IMG/VR virus record: IMGVR_UViG_3300026735_000021
Span: 22,625 to 86,624 of that record
DNA length: 64,000 bases
Source of the DNA: a virus
Lineage: Duplodnaviria > Caudoviricetes
Direction: 5' to 3' (one strand)
A program made the position numbers and the translations under genes. Numbering within the stretch: the stretch's first letter is position 1; every line of letters starts with the position of its first letter. Shown here one piece after another: positions 9,740 through 20,116 of this stretch. The notes beneath the pieces were generated by a model that was not told where the DNA came from, ran no database searches, and saw nothing but the letters and a program-made list of their open reading frames with translations.

Positions 9740-10019
9740 TCCAAGATTAGAACAACTACCAGTAAAATCAGATGAATTGATTATCCATAAAGGAACCCTA
9801 CTTGAAATCTATAGTAACCCAGATGGCGTGTATGGCTCTCATATTACAGATAACGGAAGTTCAATGTTTACAGAAATAACAACAGATATGACATTTGCTC
9901 AACTTATCATCAAAACACAAGATTTAGGACGAATCTCTGATGATACCATTACCTTTATTAAAATCATTGACACAAACTCACGTGAAGCCCAAATGGCTAA
10001 ATCAAACCCATTCAAATAA
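9732..10019 (+). CDS. Hypothetical protein
   Basis: 95-aa ORF coupled to the upstream gene. Confidence 0.5.
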   Translation: MINPRLEQLPVKSDELIIHKGTLLEIYSNPDGVYGSHITDNGSSMFTEITTDMTFAQLIIKTQDLGRISDDTITFIKIIDTNSREAQMAKSNPFK

Positions 10020-10458
10020 ACTAAAAGGATTACTAACTGTGGAATTTCAAACAAAAAACTTTCCAATTGACGTCGTTTTAGAAAAGTCAAGAATTACAAT
10101 TACACCAATTTGGGAAAAACCAACACCACAATACTGGAATTGTATCTTTGAGTCTACCGAATTAAAACGATTTCTATCATTTTGTATTGATTCATATTTA
10201 AAAATAGGTGGAACAATTAAACAAATCAAACCTCAAGACAAACCATATAGTGAAGAACTTAATGTTTACAAAGATGAAATTGAAAGATCAATTACAACTG
10301 AACGCAATGGATTTAGTTTCATATGTTATACTGATCGAGAAAACGATGAATGGACATATTTAACAAAAGCTAAACTTCGTTATTTCATTGAACTATTACT
10401 ACCAAGCTTAGAACAAAAAGCTATCAACCAACTACTCAATAAAGGAGAATCAATCTAA
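9940..10458 (+). CDS. Hypothetical protein (true start probably downstream of 9940)
   Basis: ORF fills the gap and is coupled to the next gene (TAATG). Confidence 0.5.
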   Translation: MIPLPLLKSLTQTHVKPKWLNQTHSNKLKGLLTVEFQTKNFPIDVVLEKSRITITPIWEKPTPQYWNCIFESTELKRFLSFCIDSYLKIGGTIKQIKPQDKPYSEELNVYKDEIERSITTERNGFSFICYTDRENDEWTYLTKAKLRYFIELLLPSLEQKAINQLLNKGESI

Positions 10459-11810
10459 TGCTAAATATCACATTCAAACAACTTAACTCACTTATCCGCG
10501 CAGACATCAAATCAAATATTGCCCCAATCTTATTGGGAGAACCAGGTATTGGTAAATCATCATACCTTGAAAATCTGGCTCGTGAATTTAAAACAAAAGT
10601 ATTCACATTACCTATGAACCAATTGGCTGACCGTGCTGACTTAACAGGTGCTCGTGTTGTTGAAACAACTGACTCATATGACAGCTCTAAAACTGTGTTT
10701 AAACAAGAGTTCTTCCCTCACGCAACAATTATGGATTCAATTTCATATGCAAACGCCCATCCTGACGAATGCCCTATCTTATTCCTCGATGAAGCAAACC
10801 GTACAGAAGATGGAATTACATCAGCAGCACTTTCATTCATTACATTACGTCGTGTTGGTACAATGGACTTTCCTAAGAATCTTCGATTCGTATTAGCCGG
10901 TAACGACAAAGGTAACATCACAGTATTTGACAAAGCATCAATTACACGGTTCTCTGTATACAAAATCACTCCAGATGCTGAAACATTCTTAGAAAAGAAT
11001 ACTAATCTAAACCCATTTGTAAGTGACGTTATTCGTAAAAATCCAAGACTCATTACCCCTGATGAAAGCATGTCTGTTCAAACAATTGGATCAACTGACC
11101 CAGACGCTGATGATGAAGCATCTACAATGTTTGACATTAACGCTTTTGGTGACGAATCAGCTGCCTTTGACCAAATGACTGTACCTCGTACAATCACAAG
11201 CGTATCAAACTGGCTTAATTCTCTTGGCGAAAATGGAATCAAGAAATCAGGGACAGATGAAGAACTCAAACTCATTCAAGATCTCAAATCAGAAACAATT
11301 TCTCAAGATAATGCGTCTCAATCATTGTTATTGTATGGTATCATTGCTCACTCAGGTAACTCAGAATTTTCTCATGATTTAAATCAACTCATTGAGGAAT
11401 ATTTTACCAGCACAATGTCATCAGCCGCAACAGCTACAACTCAAGGTCTCATTCTCGATCGCTTCCGGCCAGAGCAAGATGTTATCAACACAATGTCTCG
11501 GGCAAACGACGTACCCGAAGTAGAAGCATTAATTTCCACGCTTGATACTGAACAACAAGAACGCCTATTCGTATGGCTGTTCGAAGAAGCCTCTGTTTTT
11601 GAAATCAATAACAAAGTAGCTGTGACAGCAGCTCTCAACTACGTGCTAAATAGCATTCAAACACTAAGCCGTGATGTAACTCAAGGTGTGACTGAAATCG
11701 TAAGTCATCACGAATCAGTATCTCGTGTGACACTTAATGCTATGGCTGCATCAAATACTCCAATTGCAAACTCACTCAACGGTTTGCTTAGAATGTCAGG
11801 ATTGATCTAA
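10458..11810 (+). CDS. MoxR-like AAA+ ATPase
   Basis: Walker A LLGEPGIGKS, ADRADLTG, Walker B ILFLDEANR, VLAGN sensor 1, ASITRF arginine finger. Confidence 0.85.
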   Translation: MLNITFKQLNSLIRADIKSNIAPILLGEPGIGKSSYLENLAREFKTKVFTLPMNQLADRADLTGARVVETTDSYDSSKTVFKQEFFPHATIMDSISYANAHPDECPILFLDEANRTEDGITSAALSFITLRRVGTMDFPKNLRFVLAGNDKGNITVFDKASITRFSVYKITPDAETFLEKNTNLNPFVSDVIRKNPRLITPDESMSVQTIGSTDPDADDEASTMFDINAFGDESAAFDQMTVPRTITSVSNWLNSLGENGIKKSGTDEELKLIQDLKSETISQDNASQSLLLYGIIAHSGNSEFSHDLNQLIEEYFTSTMSSAATATTQGLILDRFRPEQDVINTMSRANDVPEVEALISTLDTEQQERLFVWLFEEASVFEINNKVAVTAALNYVLNSIQTLSRDVTQGVTEIVSHHESVSRVTLNAMAASNTPIANSLNGLLRMSGLI

Positions 11811-11849
11811 TCAATCCTTTCCTTTTATTAAAAACACGAAAGGTCAACA

Positions 11850-13622
11850 ATGAATATCCAAATTTCAAATCAAAAACCAGCATTGTTGTACTTTGCATCC
11901 AAAGTACTTCCCAATATTCCAGTAATTACGGACGAATCAACTTATAACTCTGACAGACGTGATGCAATTTCTAAAATGATGGTTGAGCCTATTTTTGAAA
12001 GCATTGTTCCAAACGTACCTGTCGACATTATTGACAACACAGACCCAAAAAATCCATTACCAATCACAAGTGATATGATATCTGATGCCATTAACAGCTT
12101 ATGGATCGACGATACACTTGATGTTGATACAGACGCTCAATTAAACGAGATTTATAGACAATCGCTACAGTATGGTCAATCATCTGACTGGTTAATTGAT
12201 GAGCAATTAGTTGCAGAAGCATTAGCTCGTCAAAAATTGCCATTACCGGGAACAAACAATGGAGTTATCGTTCAATACACCGAAACGACAGACATTATTC
12301 CAACAGCAAAACAGCTTTTGGCCAAAACAACATCAACTTTGTCTGATTCTGATAAAGAATTATGGTTTGGAACTATTGGGGCATATCTGCACCAAAACCA
12401 AAATCGTAATATTCTACCAATTACAGTCACCTCATCAGCAGCATTTGACCATCTTAAAGCTGAAATCAAAACAGCATTATCAATGGTATCACCCCATTTA
12501 ACTCTGGACACAAACAAAATGTTTAACGATCTTGACGCTATCTCAATCAAAGGTATGTTGTCATCAACATTTATGCTTCCCTCTGACAATGATGCCTACT
12601 CATTTTCACGGACATTGATGAGCATGTTAGCATCATTTGAAGCATCATTTCCAAATGAGCTATTCATCCAACCAATCAATATCAGCCAATTGTTCAATCC
12701 AGAAAATATTGTCATTTTAAATCTTGAAGAATATTCACACGCGACAGCTCGTCAAATCAAAAATGATTGGGACAAAATTAACCAAGCAATCAACATTAGT
12801 CAACGATGGAACATGGTTTCAAACAAAAAGCTTACTACAGCCAAGGCTATAAATCAGGCTACAACCAAAACCCAAAGTCCACATATTCGAAATAAAAAAG
12901 GGGGGCAAGTACATCGAGTAAAAACTCGACACTTTTCAGGAACACCTGTAACAAGTGTCCAAATGTTGCAGGCAATGATTCGAGTCATTCAAGATACCAC
13001 AACGACACGAAGAACGCAAAACATGTATAAGGTCAAAAAGCCGACATTCATGCGAGCAAACCGTCGAGATCCAAATAATATCAATGCTATGGGCAAATTT
13101 AACACAAATAAATATCGACCAGATATTCATATCTATATTGATACATCTGGATCAATATCAGAAGCCCAATATAGAGATGCTGTTATGAATATTATCTTGT
13201 TATCAAAAAGAATTTCAGCCAATTTGTTTATCACAAGTTTTGCAGATTATGTTACACAAACATACCAATTACAAACCAAAGGATTATCCGTACAACAAAT
13301 TTACGCAAACTTCATGCGTATTCCTAAAACAACAGGTGGTACAAACTTTGAAAATGTATGGTCTAAAATCGATGCCATTGATAAGATCAATACAAAAGCA
13401 GGTAAGTCATATCAACTAAACTTTATGATTACAGACTTCGAGTATTCACTCTCTCGTAACAGACGATTCTCTCCGCAACAGGCATCTGTTAAAAATACAT
13501 ATTATTTGCCAATTTCTACAAGCAAAGCTCACTGGCAATATCTCGTTGATGCCGCAACATCATTTTCTAAAGAAATGATGGCCGCTGGAGATAAAAATAT
13601 TAGACAACGCATGTTGCTATAG
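11850..13622 (+). CDS. von Willebrand factor A (vWA) domain protein, MoxR partner
   Basis: C-terminal YIDTSGSIS (MIDAS DxSxS), GGTNF, MITD; adjacent to a MoxR ATPase. Confidence 0.85.
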   Translation: MNIQISNQKPALLYFASKVLPNIPVITDESTYNSDRRDAISKMMVEPIFESIVPNVPVDIIDNTDPKNPLPITSDMISDAINSLWIDDTLDVDTDAQLNEIYRQSLQYGQSSDWLIDEQLVAEALARQKLPLPGTNNGVIVQYTETTDIIPTAKQLLAKTTSTLSDSDKELWFGTIGAYLHQNQNRNILPITVTSSAAFDHLKAEIKTALSMVSPHLTLDTNKMFNDLDAISIKGMLSSTFMLPSDNDAYSFSRTLMSMLASFEASFPNELFIQPINISQLFNPENIVILNLEEYSHATARQIKNDWDKINQAINISQRWNMVSNKKLTTAKAINQATTKTQSPHIRNKKGGQVHRVKTRHFSGTPVTSVQMLQAMIRVIQDTTTTRRTQNMYKVKKPTFMRANRRDPNNINAMGKFNTNKYRPDIHIYIDTSGSISEAQYRDAVMNIILLSKRISANLFITSFADYVTQTYQLQTKGLSVQQIYANFMRIPKTTGGTNFENVWSKIDAIDKINTKAGKSYQLNFMITDFEYSLSRNRRFSPQQASVKNTYYLPISTSKAHWQYLVDAATSFSKEMMAAGDKNIRQRMLL

Positions 13623-13744
13623 CAACATGCCAATAAATTAGATTGCACAATTAAATTTGTGCTATCTCTTAAGTAGATATACATCAATAATTATATCTAT
13701 TTAATAGATAATAAAATATAAAAAATAGAAAAGGAAAAATTATC

Positions 13745-15661
13745 ATGGCTAATGGAATTCACAACTTCGGCAAAGGAAATAACTCAGGTTCAAACTCAGG
13801 AGGGGGTACTAATGGTACACCCATTGGCGCAATGCCATCCGGTGGATCAGCGTTTGCCTCACAACAACCAACAACGCCTGACGTATTAGAAAACTATAAC
13901 GAAAAAGCAAAAAACGGTGACTTCCATGAAGCCCTATTTCGCGATACTCAAATTATCCAACTCATGAGTGTTCTTACCACAGCAATGCATCCAAATGCAT
14001 TATTGACAGGAGCTGCCGGTGTTGGTAAAACTCAAATTGTTGAAGAAGTTGCCCGTCGACTTGCCAATAACGACCCTATTACAACAGCAATTCTAGGCGG
14101 ATATACTATTTACGAATTGCAAGTAAGTAAACTTGTAGCGGGTAAATCTTACGTAGGACAACTTGAAGAAGCACTTCATGAAGTAATCGAATTTGCATCT
14201 GATCCTAACGAAAAAGCTATTCTTTTCATTGACGAAATTCATCAATTGATGTCAAGCTCAGATCCAACCAGCGAAAAAATTGCCCAAATTCTAAAACCAG
14301 CATTAGGTCGTAAAGATCTCCATGTTATTGGCGCAACAACAACACAAGAAGCGACTACGTTCCTAAAAGACCCAGCCTTTTCTCGTCGTTGGTCTACCGT
14401 TATTGTCCCAGAATTATCACCCGCTGAAACCGTTGAAATTATCAAAAATTTAAAACCCGCCTTGGAAAAACACCACAACGTTGCAATTCCAGACAAAATT
14501 TTAGAGCAAATCATCACATTAGGTGATCAACATAAGCAATATGGTTCTCACCGTCCTGATACATCATTATCATTAATTGACAGAGCAATGAGTGACGAAA
14601 ACATCAACTTTGAAAAACTCAAAGAAGAAGCTAAAAATGACCCGATGATTAAACAATACGTATCATCCGTAAAAATGCCTGTATTATCTATCACTCAGGT
14701 TAAAAAATCAGCAATGTCCTTAATCACTGGATCAGAAACAGCCTTTGATGCCAGTGCTGACGAACTTCGTACAACATTTAATGAAACAATTATTGGGCAA
14801 GATGACGCTAAAGAAAAAATCATTAATTCAATTGAACGTATGAACTTAAAACTCACTCGTCGAACTAAACCTGTAAGTTTCCTATTTGTTGGACCTACAG
14901 GTACGGGTAAAACCGAAATCACAGAACAACTTGCCAAAACAATCTTTGGAAGTAAACGTCGAATGATTGAAATCAATTTGACAGAATACAGTGACTCATC
15001 AGCATTGACTCGAATCACCGGGTCTAGTGACGGATATGTCGGCAGTACATCTAAACGCGAACTACCTTTTGATTCTCTTGAAGCAAATCCTTATCAAGTT
15101 ATTCTTCTTGACGAATTTGAAAAAGGAAGTAAGGCTGTACAACGTTTCTTTATGCAAGCCTTAGACAAAGGTCGTGTAATGACTAACCGTAATAAAGAAA
15201 TTGACTTCACTCGTACAATCATCATTGCTACAACAAATGCCGGAATGACCAAACTCAATGAAAAACAAGTTGGGTTTGGAAATAACAACAAAACATTAGC
15301 CTCTGTTGCCTCAGCCTCAGATATTAATAAAGCGTTAGAACAAAGTTTCGACACAGAATTGCTTAACCGTTTTGAACACATTGTTACGTTCAAACCAATG
15401 ACAAAAGAGCAATATACTCAAATCCTTGCCGTTAAATACAATCAAATCGTAAAAGAAGCAACAGAAAGCCGTCATGACTTAGATTTAAACCCTAAATCAA
15501 TTAACTTGGAAGACGCAACGTCATACGATGTATTGACCAAATTAGCAGATGAATCCTATCTTCCTGAATTCAACGGCCGACCAGCAAGTAAAACAATTAA
15601 CAAATATATTGAGGATTTCATCCTCAATAATGCATCATTAACTAAGCTGGATTTATTATAA
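13745..15661 (+). CDS. Clp/Hsp100 double-ring AAA+ ATPase lacking the canonical N-domain
   Basis: GAAGVGKT/LFIDEIH (NBD1), IGATT, GPTGTGKT/LLDEFEK (NBD2), IIIATTN, ELLNRF; Gly/Asn-rich N-terminus. Confidence 0.9.
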   Translation: MANGIHNFGKGNNSGSNSGGGTNGTPIGAMPSGGSAFASQQPTTPDVLENYNEKAKNGDFHEALFRDTQIIQLMSVLTTAMHPNALLTGAAGVGKTQIVEEVARRLANNDPITTAILGGYTIYELQVSKLVAGKSYVGQLEEALHEVIEFASDPNEKAILFIDEIHQLMSSSDPTSEKIAQILKPALGRKDLHVIGATTTQEATTFLKDPAFSRRWSTVIVPELSPAETVEIIKNLKPALEKHHNVAIPDKILEQIITLGDQHKQYGSHRPDTSLSLIDRAMSDENINFEKLKEEAKNDPMIKQYVSSVKMPVLSITQVKKSAMSLITGSETAFDASADELRTTFNETIIGQDDAKEKIINSIERMNLKLTRRTKPVSFLFVGPTGTGKTEITEQLAKTIFGSKRRMIEINLTEYSDSSALTRITGSSDGYVGSTSKRELPFDSLEANPYQVILLDEFEKGSKAVQRFFMQALDKGRVMTNRNKEIDFTRTIIIATTNAGMTKLNEKQVGFGNNNKTLASVASASDINKALEQSFDTELLNRFEHIVTFKPMTKEQYTQILAVKYNQIVKEATESRHDLDLNPKSINLEDATSYDVLTKLADESYLPEFNGRPASKTINKYIEDFILNNASLTKLDLL

Positions 15662-15762
15662 AAAACATTTTATGAGAATCACAGTATTGCAATTACTTGT
15701 GCTAGACTACAAGTAATTGCCGATTAGTTTAGTGAAAATTAAACATATAAGGAGAACACCTC

Positions 15763-18700
15763 ATGCCTATCGTTATTGACTCTAATAAAGATTTCAATGA
15801 ACAAATCACAGAACAAACAAAAATGATTGTAACTGATGTTACACCAAAATTTTTCAACTCTAATTTTACAGGTTCACCTACTCGAAAAACCGGGCATTTC
15901 AATGCCGATACTGATTCTCTTTTAAGCTATAACCTAAAAGTGGCCAAAGCATTATACGATGCCAATGTAACCCGATTAAATAGATACGAAAATAGTGTAA
16001 ATGATAATGTTATTGATCCTATTTTTGAGAAACACCAAGAAGAACACAACACACAATTCAGATACTTTGCAAACGTACCAACCATTGCAGTTGAACCTCG
16101 TTTGTTTATGTCGACGTCTGACATTATGGCTAAATCTGATGGCCTTGTCTTCGATCATGACTCTGAAGTAATGGATATTGCCACATCAGATAATTGGCCA
16201 GTTATTGCTGAAAACGATGACTTTAAAACTACAGGTCGAGTAATCATTGCATCAATGAAATTGTGGGAAAAAACAATTCCAGCCAAATCATCAGGCTCAG
16301 GTAAAAATGTCCGTGTGTTGGCAGGACAACCTCTTGCTTACATGGCTCTAGTTACTAGAAGTAAAAATGAAGTACCTGACGCCAAAACAATCATCACACA
16401 AAAAGTAACAGAAGTAACCCCTCATCAAGCTGTTATGACTATTGCTTCACTCTACCCTGACCTGTCAAAAGGTCTTTCGTCACGAAATATTGCCGACAAT
16501 GTTCGTATTCACATTTCTCGTACAATCGGAGCGCCAAAAACTAATTTACCAACCGCTGTTGTTCAAGATTATTCAAAAAATGCTTTATCAAATGTTGCAG
16601 CAAATCTAATTAACCCAGCTAGCATTTCAACAATGCTTGCAACGCAAGCATTCAAAGTAAAAAACAGCTTTGAATCAATCACATCAGATCTTATTAATGC
16701 GGTCTTAAATGCGAAAGCCTCATCTGGCTCTAATATTGACGAAACAATGACATCAACAATTGAATCAATTGTGTCATATAATGAAGCTTTAGCCAATCTT
16801 GATGAATCTATTTTATCCACCGCATATCTCTCTGATTTATACAGTAAACTCAAAGGATCAAATCTCCCAAAAACTTCAATTAATGCTATCTCTAAACGTT
16901 CACTTCGGTTGTTGCTAGCTCAACGTCTTCACGATTTAAATGAATTAAACAAGGCTGATGGGCTTTATAAACTAGATCCAATTGATCCAGCCATTTCAAA
17001 AAAATATTCTTCAAATCCAAATTATTCAGCGCAACAAAAACGAATCATTTTGACACAAGAGCCCCTTGTCATTGGTCAAGCTGGCGCGGGATCAGGGAAA
17101 TCTCATACCCTTGTTGGTCGTATTAATTACATCAAAGATCAAGGGCAAGACTTAAAAAATGTATTAGTATTGTCATTTACAAACGTTGCTGCAACCGTTA
17201 TATCTAATCGTTTTCCTGGAATTAAAAGTGAAACATTAGCAAACATGTTCAATTCAATTTACAACGCATCTTATCCAAAACAAGCATTAAGTCAACCATC
17301 AACCGTAGCTAATAGTATTTCATTACTAAACCCATCAGCTAAAATCTTTTCACTTAAAGGTTATTCTGTAGCAACGGTAATGGAGTTCATTGATACATTT
17401 TCATCAGCTGTTCGCAAATTTGACCAAACAGGATTCAAACGAGTAAACTTACAAGAAGTAACACGCGATGTAGCCAAAATTATTGAATCAAACATGGAAC
17501 TAACCGAAATTGTATTAGATGCAATCGAACAAACAACCCTTGAGTTGCAACCAATTATTATCCATAATCAATTATTGGAATCAAATGCCAATCTTACAAT
17601 CCCCGATAGATACCAAGATTTGAAATATATTATCACAGATGAATCACAAGATATTTCAACATTTGAATACATCTTACTTCTTGAATTAACCATTCACTAC
17701 AAGAGCCAATTACTTATCATTGGCGATGGCTCTCAAACCCTGTATGAATTCCGTAACTCTGACCCAAGATACATGAATGCCCTCGAAGCGTCTGATGTAT
17801 TTACATCATACAAACTTGATGTAAACTATCGATCAAATCAAGAAATTCTAACATTTGCAAATCAATTCTTACAAGTTATTGAAGCAAATGATCTTGCTCA
17901 AATCCAGTTGTCAGCATCGTCATTCAATATTCCAACTGTAGATTCTTTCAAAGAATCAATCAAAATTAAGAACAACATTATGCTATCTGCTAGACAATCA
18001 GATTATAATGAATCAATTGCCGATTTTGTTGAAAAAAGTGATGATTTCATCAATTGGGTATTACCAAAACTTCAAAACAAAGAACAAGTTGCAATCTTAG
18101 GTTGGACTCGAGCTGAAGTTATTGCGGCATCAGAAGCACTCCAACGCTTAATGATCAAAAATAACCTTGATATTCCTATCACAAATATTATGTCAGATAA
18201 TGAACGACCACTAACTATCATTTCGGATATTGTCGCTCAAGCACATAAAAACATTCTAAACATTAGTACATCATCATCAGCTTATACATCACTCATTACA
18301 AAAGAACTGAAAGATCAAGTTGCTATAAAATACAATAAAGCATCACCTAAACAATTAGCATTCTTTGAGTCAGTTATTGTATCAGCTATTACTCAAGTAA
18401 CAAATGATCAAGCATGGAAAATCATGTTAACAGAAACTCGATCAGGGAAACAATCACGCCAAGCATTGGTTGGACATCTTACTCGAGAACTTCTTCGAAT
18501 TGAAACACGCAAAAATGCGATGGATCAATACCTTAATAAAAATAATGAAATTCCAAACTACGACGAATGTCCAATCATTGTATCAACAATTCATGGAGCT
18601 AAAGGTCTTGAATTCGATCATACCATTGTATTATTTAACCAAAAGAAAAAGAACAGCACAAGTCAAGAAAGTCTTCGTATGTTCTTCGTGGCCCTTAGTC

Positions 18701-18876
18701 GTGCTAAGAAATCAGAATACATTATTAACTCAACAGTTGTTGGAACCCCAACCTCAGCCACATCTTTATTATCTAATATGTTCGAAGATCCAATGCATAC
18801 AGCATATCTAAGATCAATTATCGATATTGAAGATGCCCAATCTGCGCAAGCCAACCAACAAAATGAGACTACATAA
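15763..18876 (+). CDS. UvrD/PcrA-like superfamily 1 helicase with long N-terminal extension
   Basis: AGAGSGKS, LSFTN.AA, ITDESQD, GDGSQTLYEFR, NYRS, STIHGAKGLEFD, FVALSRAK. Confidence 0.9.
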   Translation: MPIVIDSNKDFNEQITEQTKMIVTDVTPKFFNSNFTGSPTRKTGHFNADTDSLLSYNLKVAKALYDANVTRLNRYENSVNDNVIDPIFEKHQEEHNTQFRYFANVPTIAVEPRLFMSTSDIMAKSDGLVFDHDSEVMDIATSDNWPVIAENDDFKTTGRVIIASMKLWEKTIPAKSSGSGKNVRVLAGQPLAYMALVTRSKNEVPDAKTIITQKVTEVTPHQAVMTIASLYPDLSKGLSSRNIADNVRIHISRTIGAPKTNLPTAVVQDYSKNALSNVAANLINPASISTMLATQAFKVKNSFESITSDLINAVLNAKASSGSNIDETMTSTIESIVSYNEALANLDESILSTAYLSDLYSKLKGSNLPKTSINAISKRSLRLLLAQRLHDLNELNKADGLYKLDPIDPAISKKYSSNPNYSAQQKRIILTQEPLVIGQAGAGSGKSHTLVGRINYIKDQGQDLKNVLVLSFTNVAATVISNRFPGIKSETLANMFNSIYNASYPKQALSQPSTVANSISLLNPSAKIFSLKGYSVATVMEFIDTFSSAVRKFDQTGFKRVNLQEVTRDVAKIIESNMELTEIVLDAIEQTTLELQPIIIHNQLLESNANLTIPDRYQDLKYIITDESQDISTFEYILLLELTIHYKSQLLIIGDGSQTLYEFRNSDPRYMNALEASDVFTSYKLDVNYRSNQEILTFANQFLQVIEANDLAQIQLSASSFNIPTVDSFKESIKIKNNIMLSARQSDYNESIADFVEKSDDFINWVLPKLQNKEQVAILGWTRAEVIAASEALQRLMIKNNLDIPITNIMSDNERPLTIISDIVAQAHKNILNISTSSSAYTSLITKELKDQVAIKYNKASPKQLAFFESVIVSAITQVTNDQAWKIMLTETRSGKQSRQALVGHLTRELLRIETRKNAMDQYLNKNNEIPNYDECPIIVSTIHGAKGLEFDHTIVLFNQKKKNSTSQESLRMFFVALSRAKKSEYIINSTVVGTPTSATSLLSNMFEDPMHTAYLRSIIDIEDAQSAQANQQNETT

Positions 18877-18893
18877 GTAGTCTCTCTTTTTTT
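18865..18893 (+). terminator. Intrinsic terminator
   Basis: GAGACTAC-ATAA-GTAGTCTC followed by T run. Confidence 0.8.
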
Positions 18894-18896
18894 ATA

Positions 18897-19025
18897 TTAC
18901 AGTTCGTAAAAACCATGTAAAATGTGAAGTTACGTTAATACCCATTTATCTGAATCTTGTTCAGATTAACGATAAATGAAATAAGGGCATACTGCCTACC
19001 TTTATCCAGTTAACATTTCTGTTTT
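18897..19025. repeat. 129-bp direct repeat, copy 1 (copy 2 at 63872..64000, truncated by the window end)
   Basis: TTACAGTTCGTAAAAACCATG...GTTAACATTTCTGTTTT reads identically at both positions. Confidence 0.95.
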
Positions 19026-19092
19026 CCAGACTATTAGTTTTTTTTATTGATCGTCTCAGACGGTGTCACTAATATGTAAATGAAACATCTAC
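18897..19092 (-). ncRNA. Putative ~200-nt structured non-coding RNA
   Basis: Near-consensus promoter on - strand (TTGACA-17-TATTCT with TG, about 19099..19127) with no ORF downstream; internal hairpins (ATCTGAA/TTCAGAT; CGTC/GACG); 3' part duplicated elsewhere. Confidence 0.35.
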
Positions 19093-19248
19093 ATCTATAG
19101 AATAACATTAATATATATAAATGTCAACTATAATGTAGAAAAAAAACATCATAAGCATAAAAATGAAAAGCAGAAGAAAACACGTTCAAATACAAGCAAC
19201 TTATAGTAAAATATCACCTATTGGGTGTCATCAATGAAAGGATATCCC

Positions 19249-19989
19249 ATGATTGATATTCATAGCCATATATTACCGAGAATCGATGATGGGGCCAAAT
19301 CCTCATCAGAAACATTAGATTTACTAAAAAAAGCTGAAAAAGAAGGAATTTCATCAATAATTGCCACGCCTCATAAAAACCCTGAATTTAAGCCATCTAT
19401 TGACACAATTACATCATTAGTAAACAAAACAAACACAATTGCTCAAAATAATAACCTTGATATAAATGTTTTAGTAGGGCAAGAAATCAGATTGTACGAA
19501 AATCTTGTATCTGATTTAGAAAACAACAATTTGTTAACATTAAATCAATCAAAATACATTTTAATCGAATTTCCATCAAATAATGTACCCTATTATGCTC
19601 AAGACATTTGCTACCAACTACAAATGAGTAAATACCAACCCATTATCGTTCATCCCGAACGTAATACCGATATCATAAAAAATCCAAATATTTTATATGA
19701 TTTAGTCCAGCATGGGGCATTAGCTCAAATCACAGCCGGAAGTATCATCGGTAAGTTTGGGTCAAAAGCTAAAAAAACAGCATTTAAATTGATAGAGCAT
19801 GAATTGATTCATTTTATCGCAAGTGATACCCATCATTTAAAAACAAAAGATTTTCATATGAAAGCTGCTACAAAAAAATTATCTAAAATATACGGGCAGT
19901 ATTATACTCAATATTTAATAGATAATGCAAAAAAACTTGTAAACAATGAAACGATTCAACCAGGCTATCCTCAACCTATTCGGAGATAG
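19249..19989 (+). CDS. cpsB: CpsB/YwqE-family PHP tyrosine-protein phosphatase
   Basis: MIDIHSHILP..DDG, IIATPH, GQEIR, LIEFP, IVHPERN, FIASDTH; RBS-supported ATG at 19249. Confidence 0.93.
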   Translation: MIDIHSHILPRIDDGAKSSSETLDLLKKAEKEGISSIIATPHKNPEFKPSIDTITSLVNKTNTIAQNNNLDINVLVGQEIRLYENLVSDLENNNLLTLNQSKYILIEFPSNNVPYYAQDICYQLQMSKYQPIIVHPERNTDIIKNPNILYDLVQHGALAQITAGSIIGKFGSKAKKTAFKLIEHELIHFIASDTHHLKTKDFHMKAATKKLSKIYGQYYTQYLIDNAKKLVNNETIQPGYPQPIRR

Positions 19990-20116
19990 AAAGAGTTCAA
20001 CGTGAATCAATACTCAAAAACGCTTTATCAAACAAATTATTGAAAACTCAAACATAAACTTACAGTAAAATCAAACAATTTAATACTGAGTTTCAATCAA
20101 TTATTAAAGGACTATT

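Noticed and set aside
19020-19075. Group I intron remnant (ATAGTCTGG resembles the S element)
   Set aside because: No convincing P, Q or R elements and no interrupted gene; the match is too short
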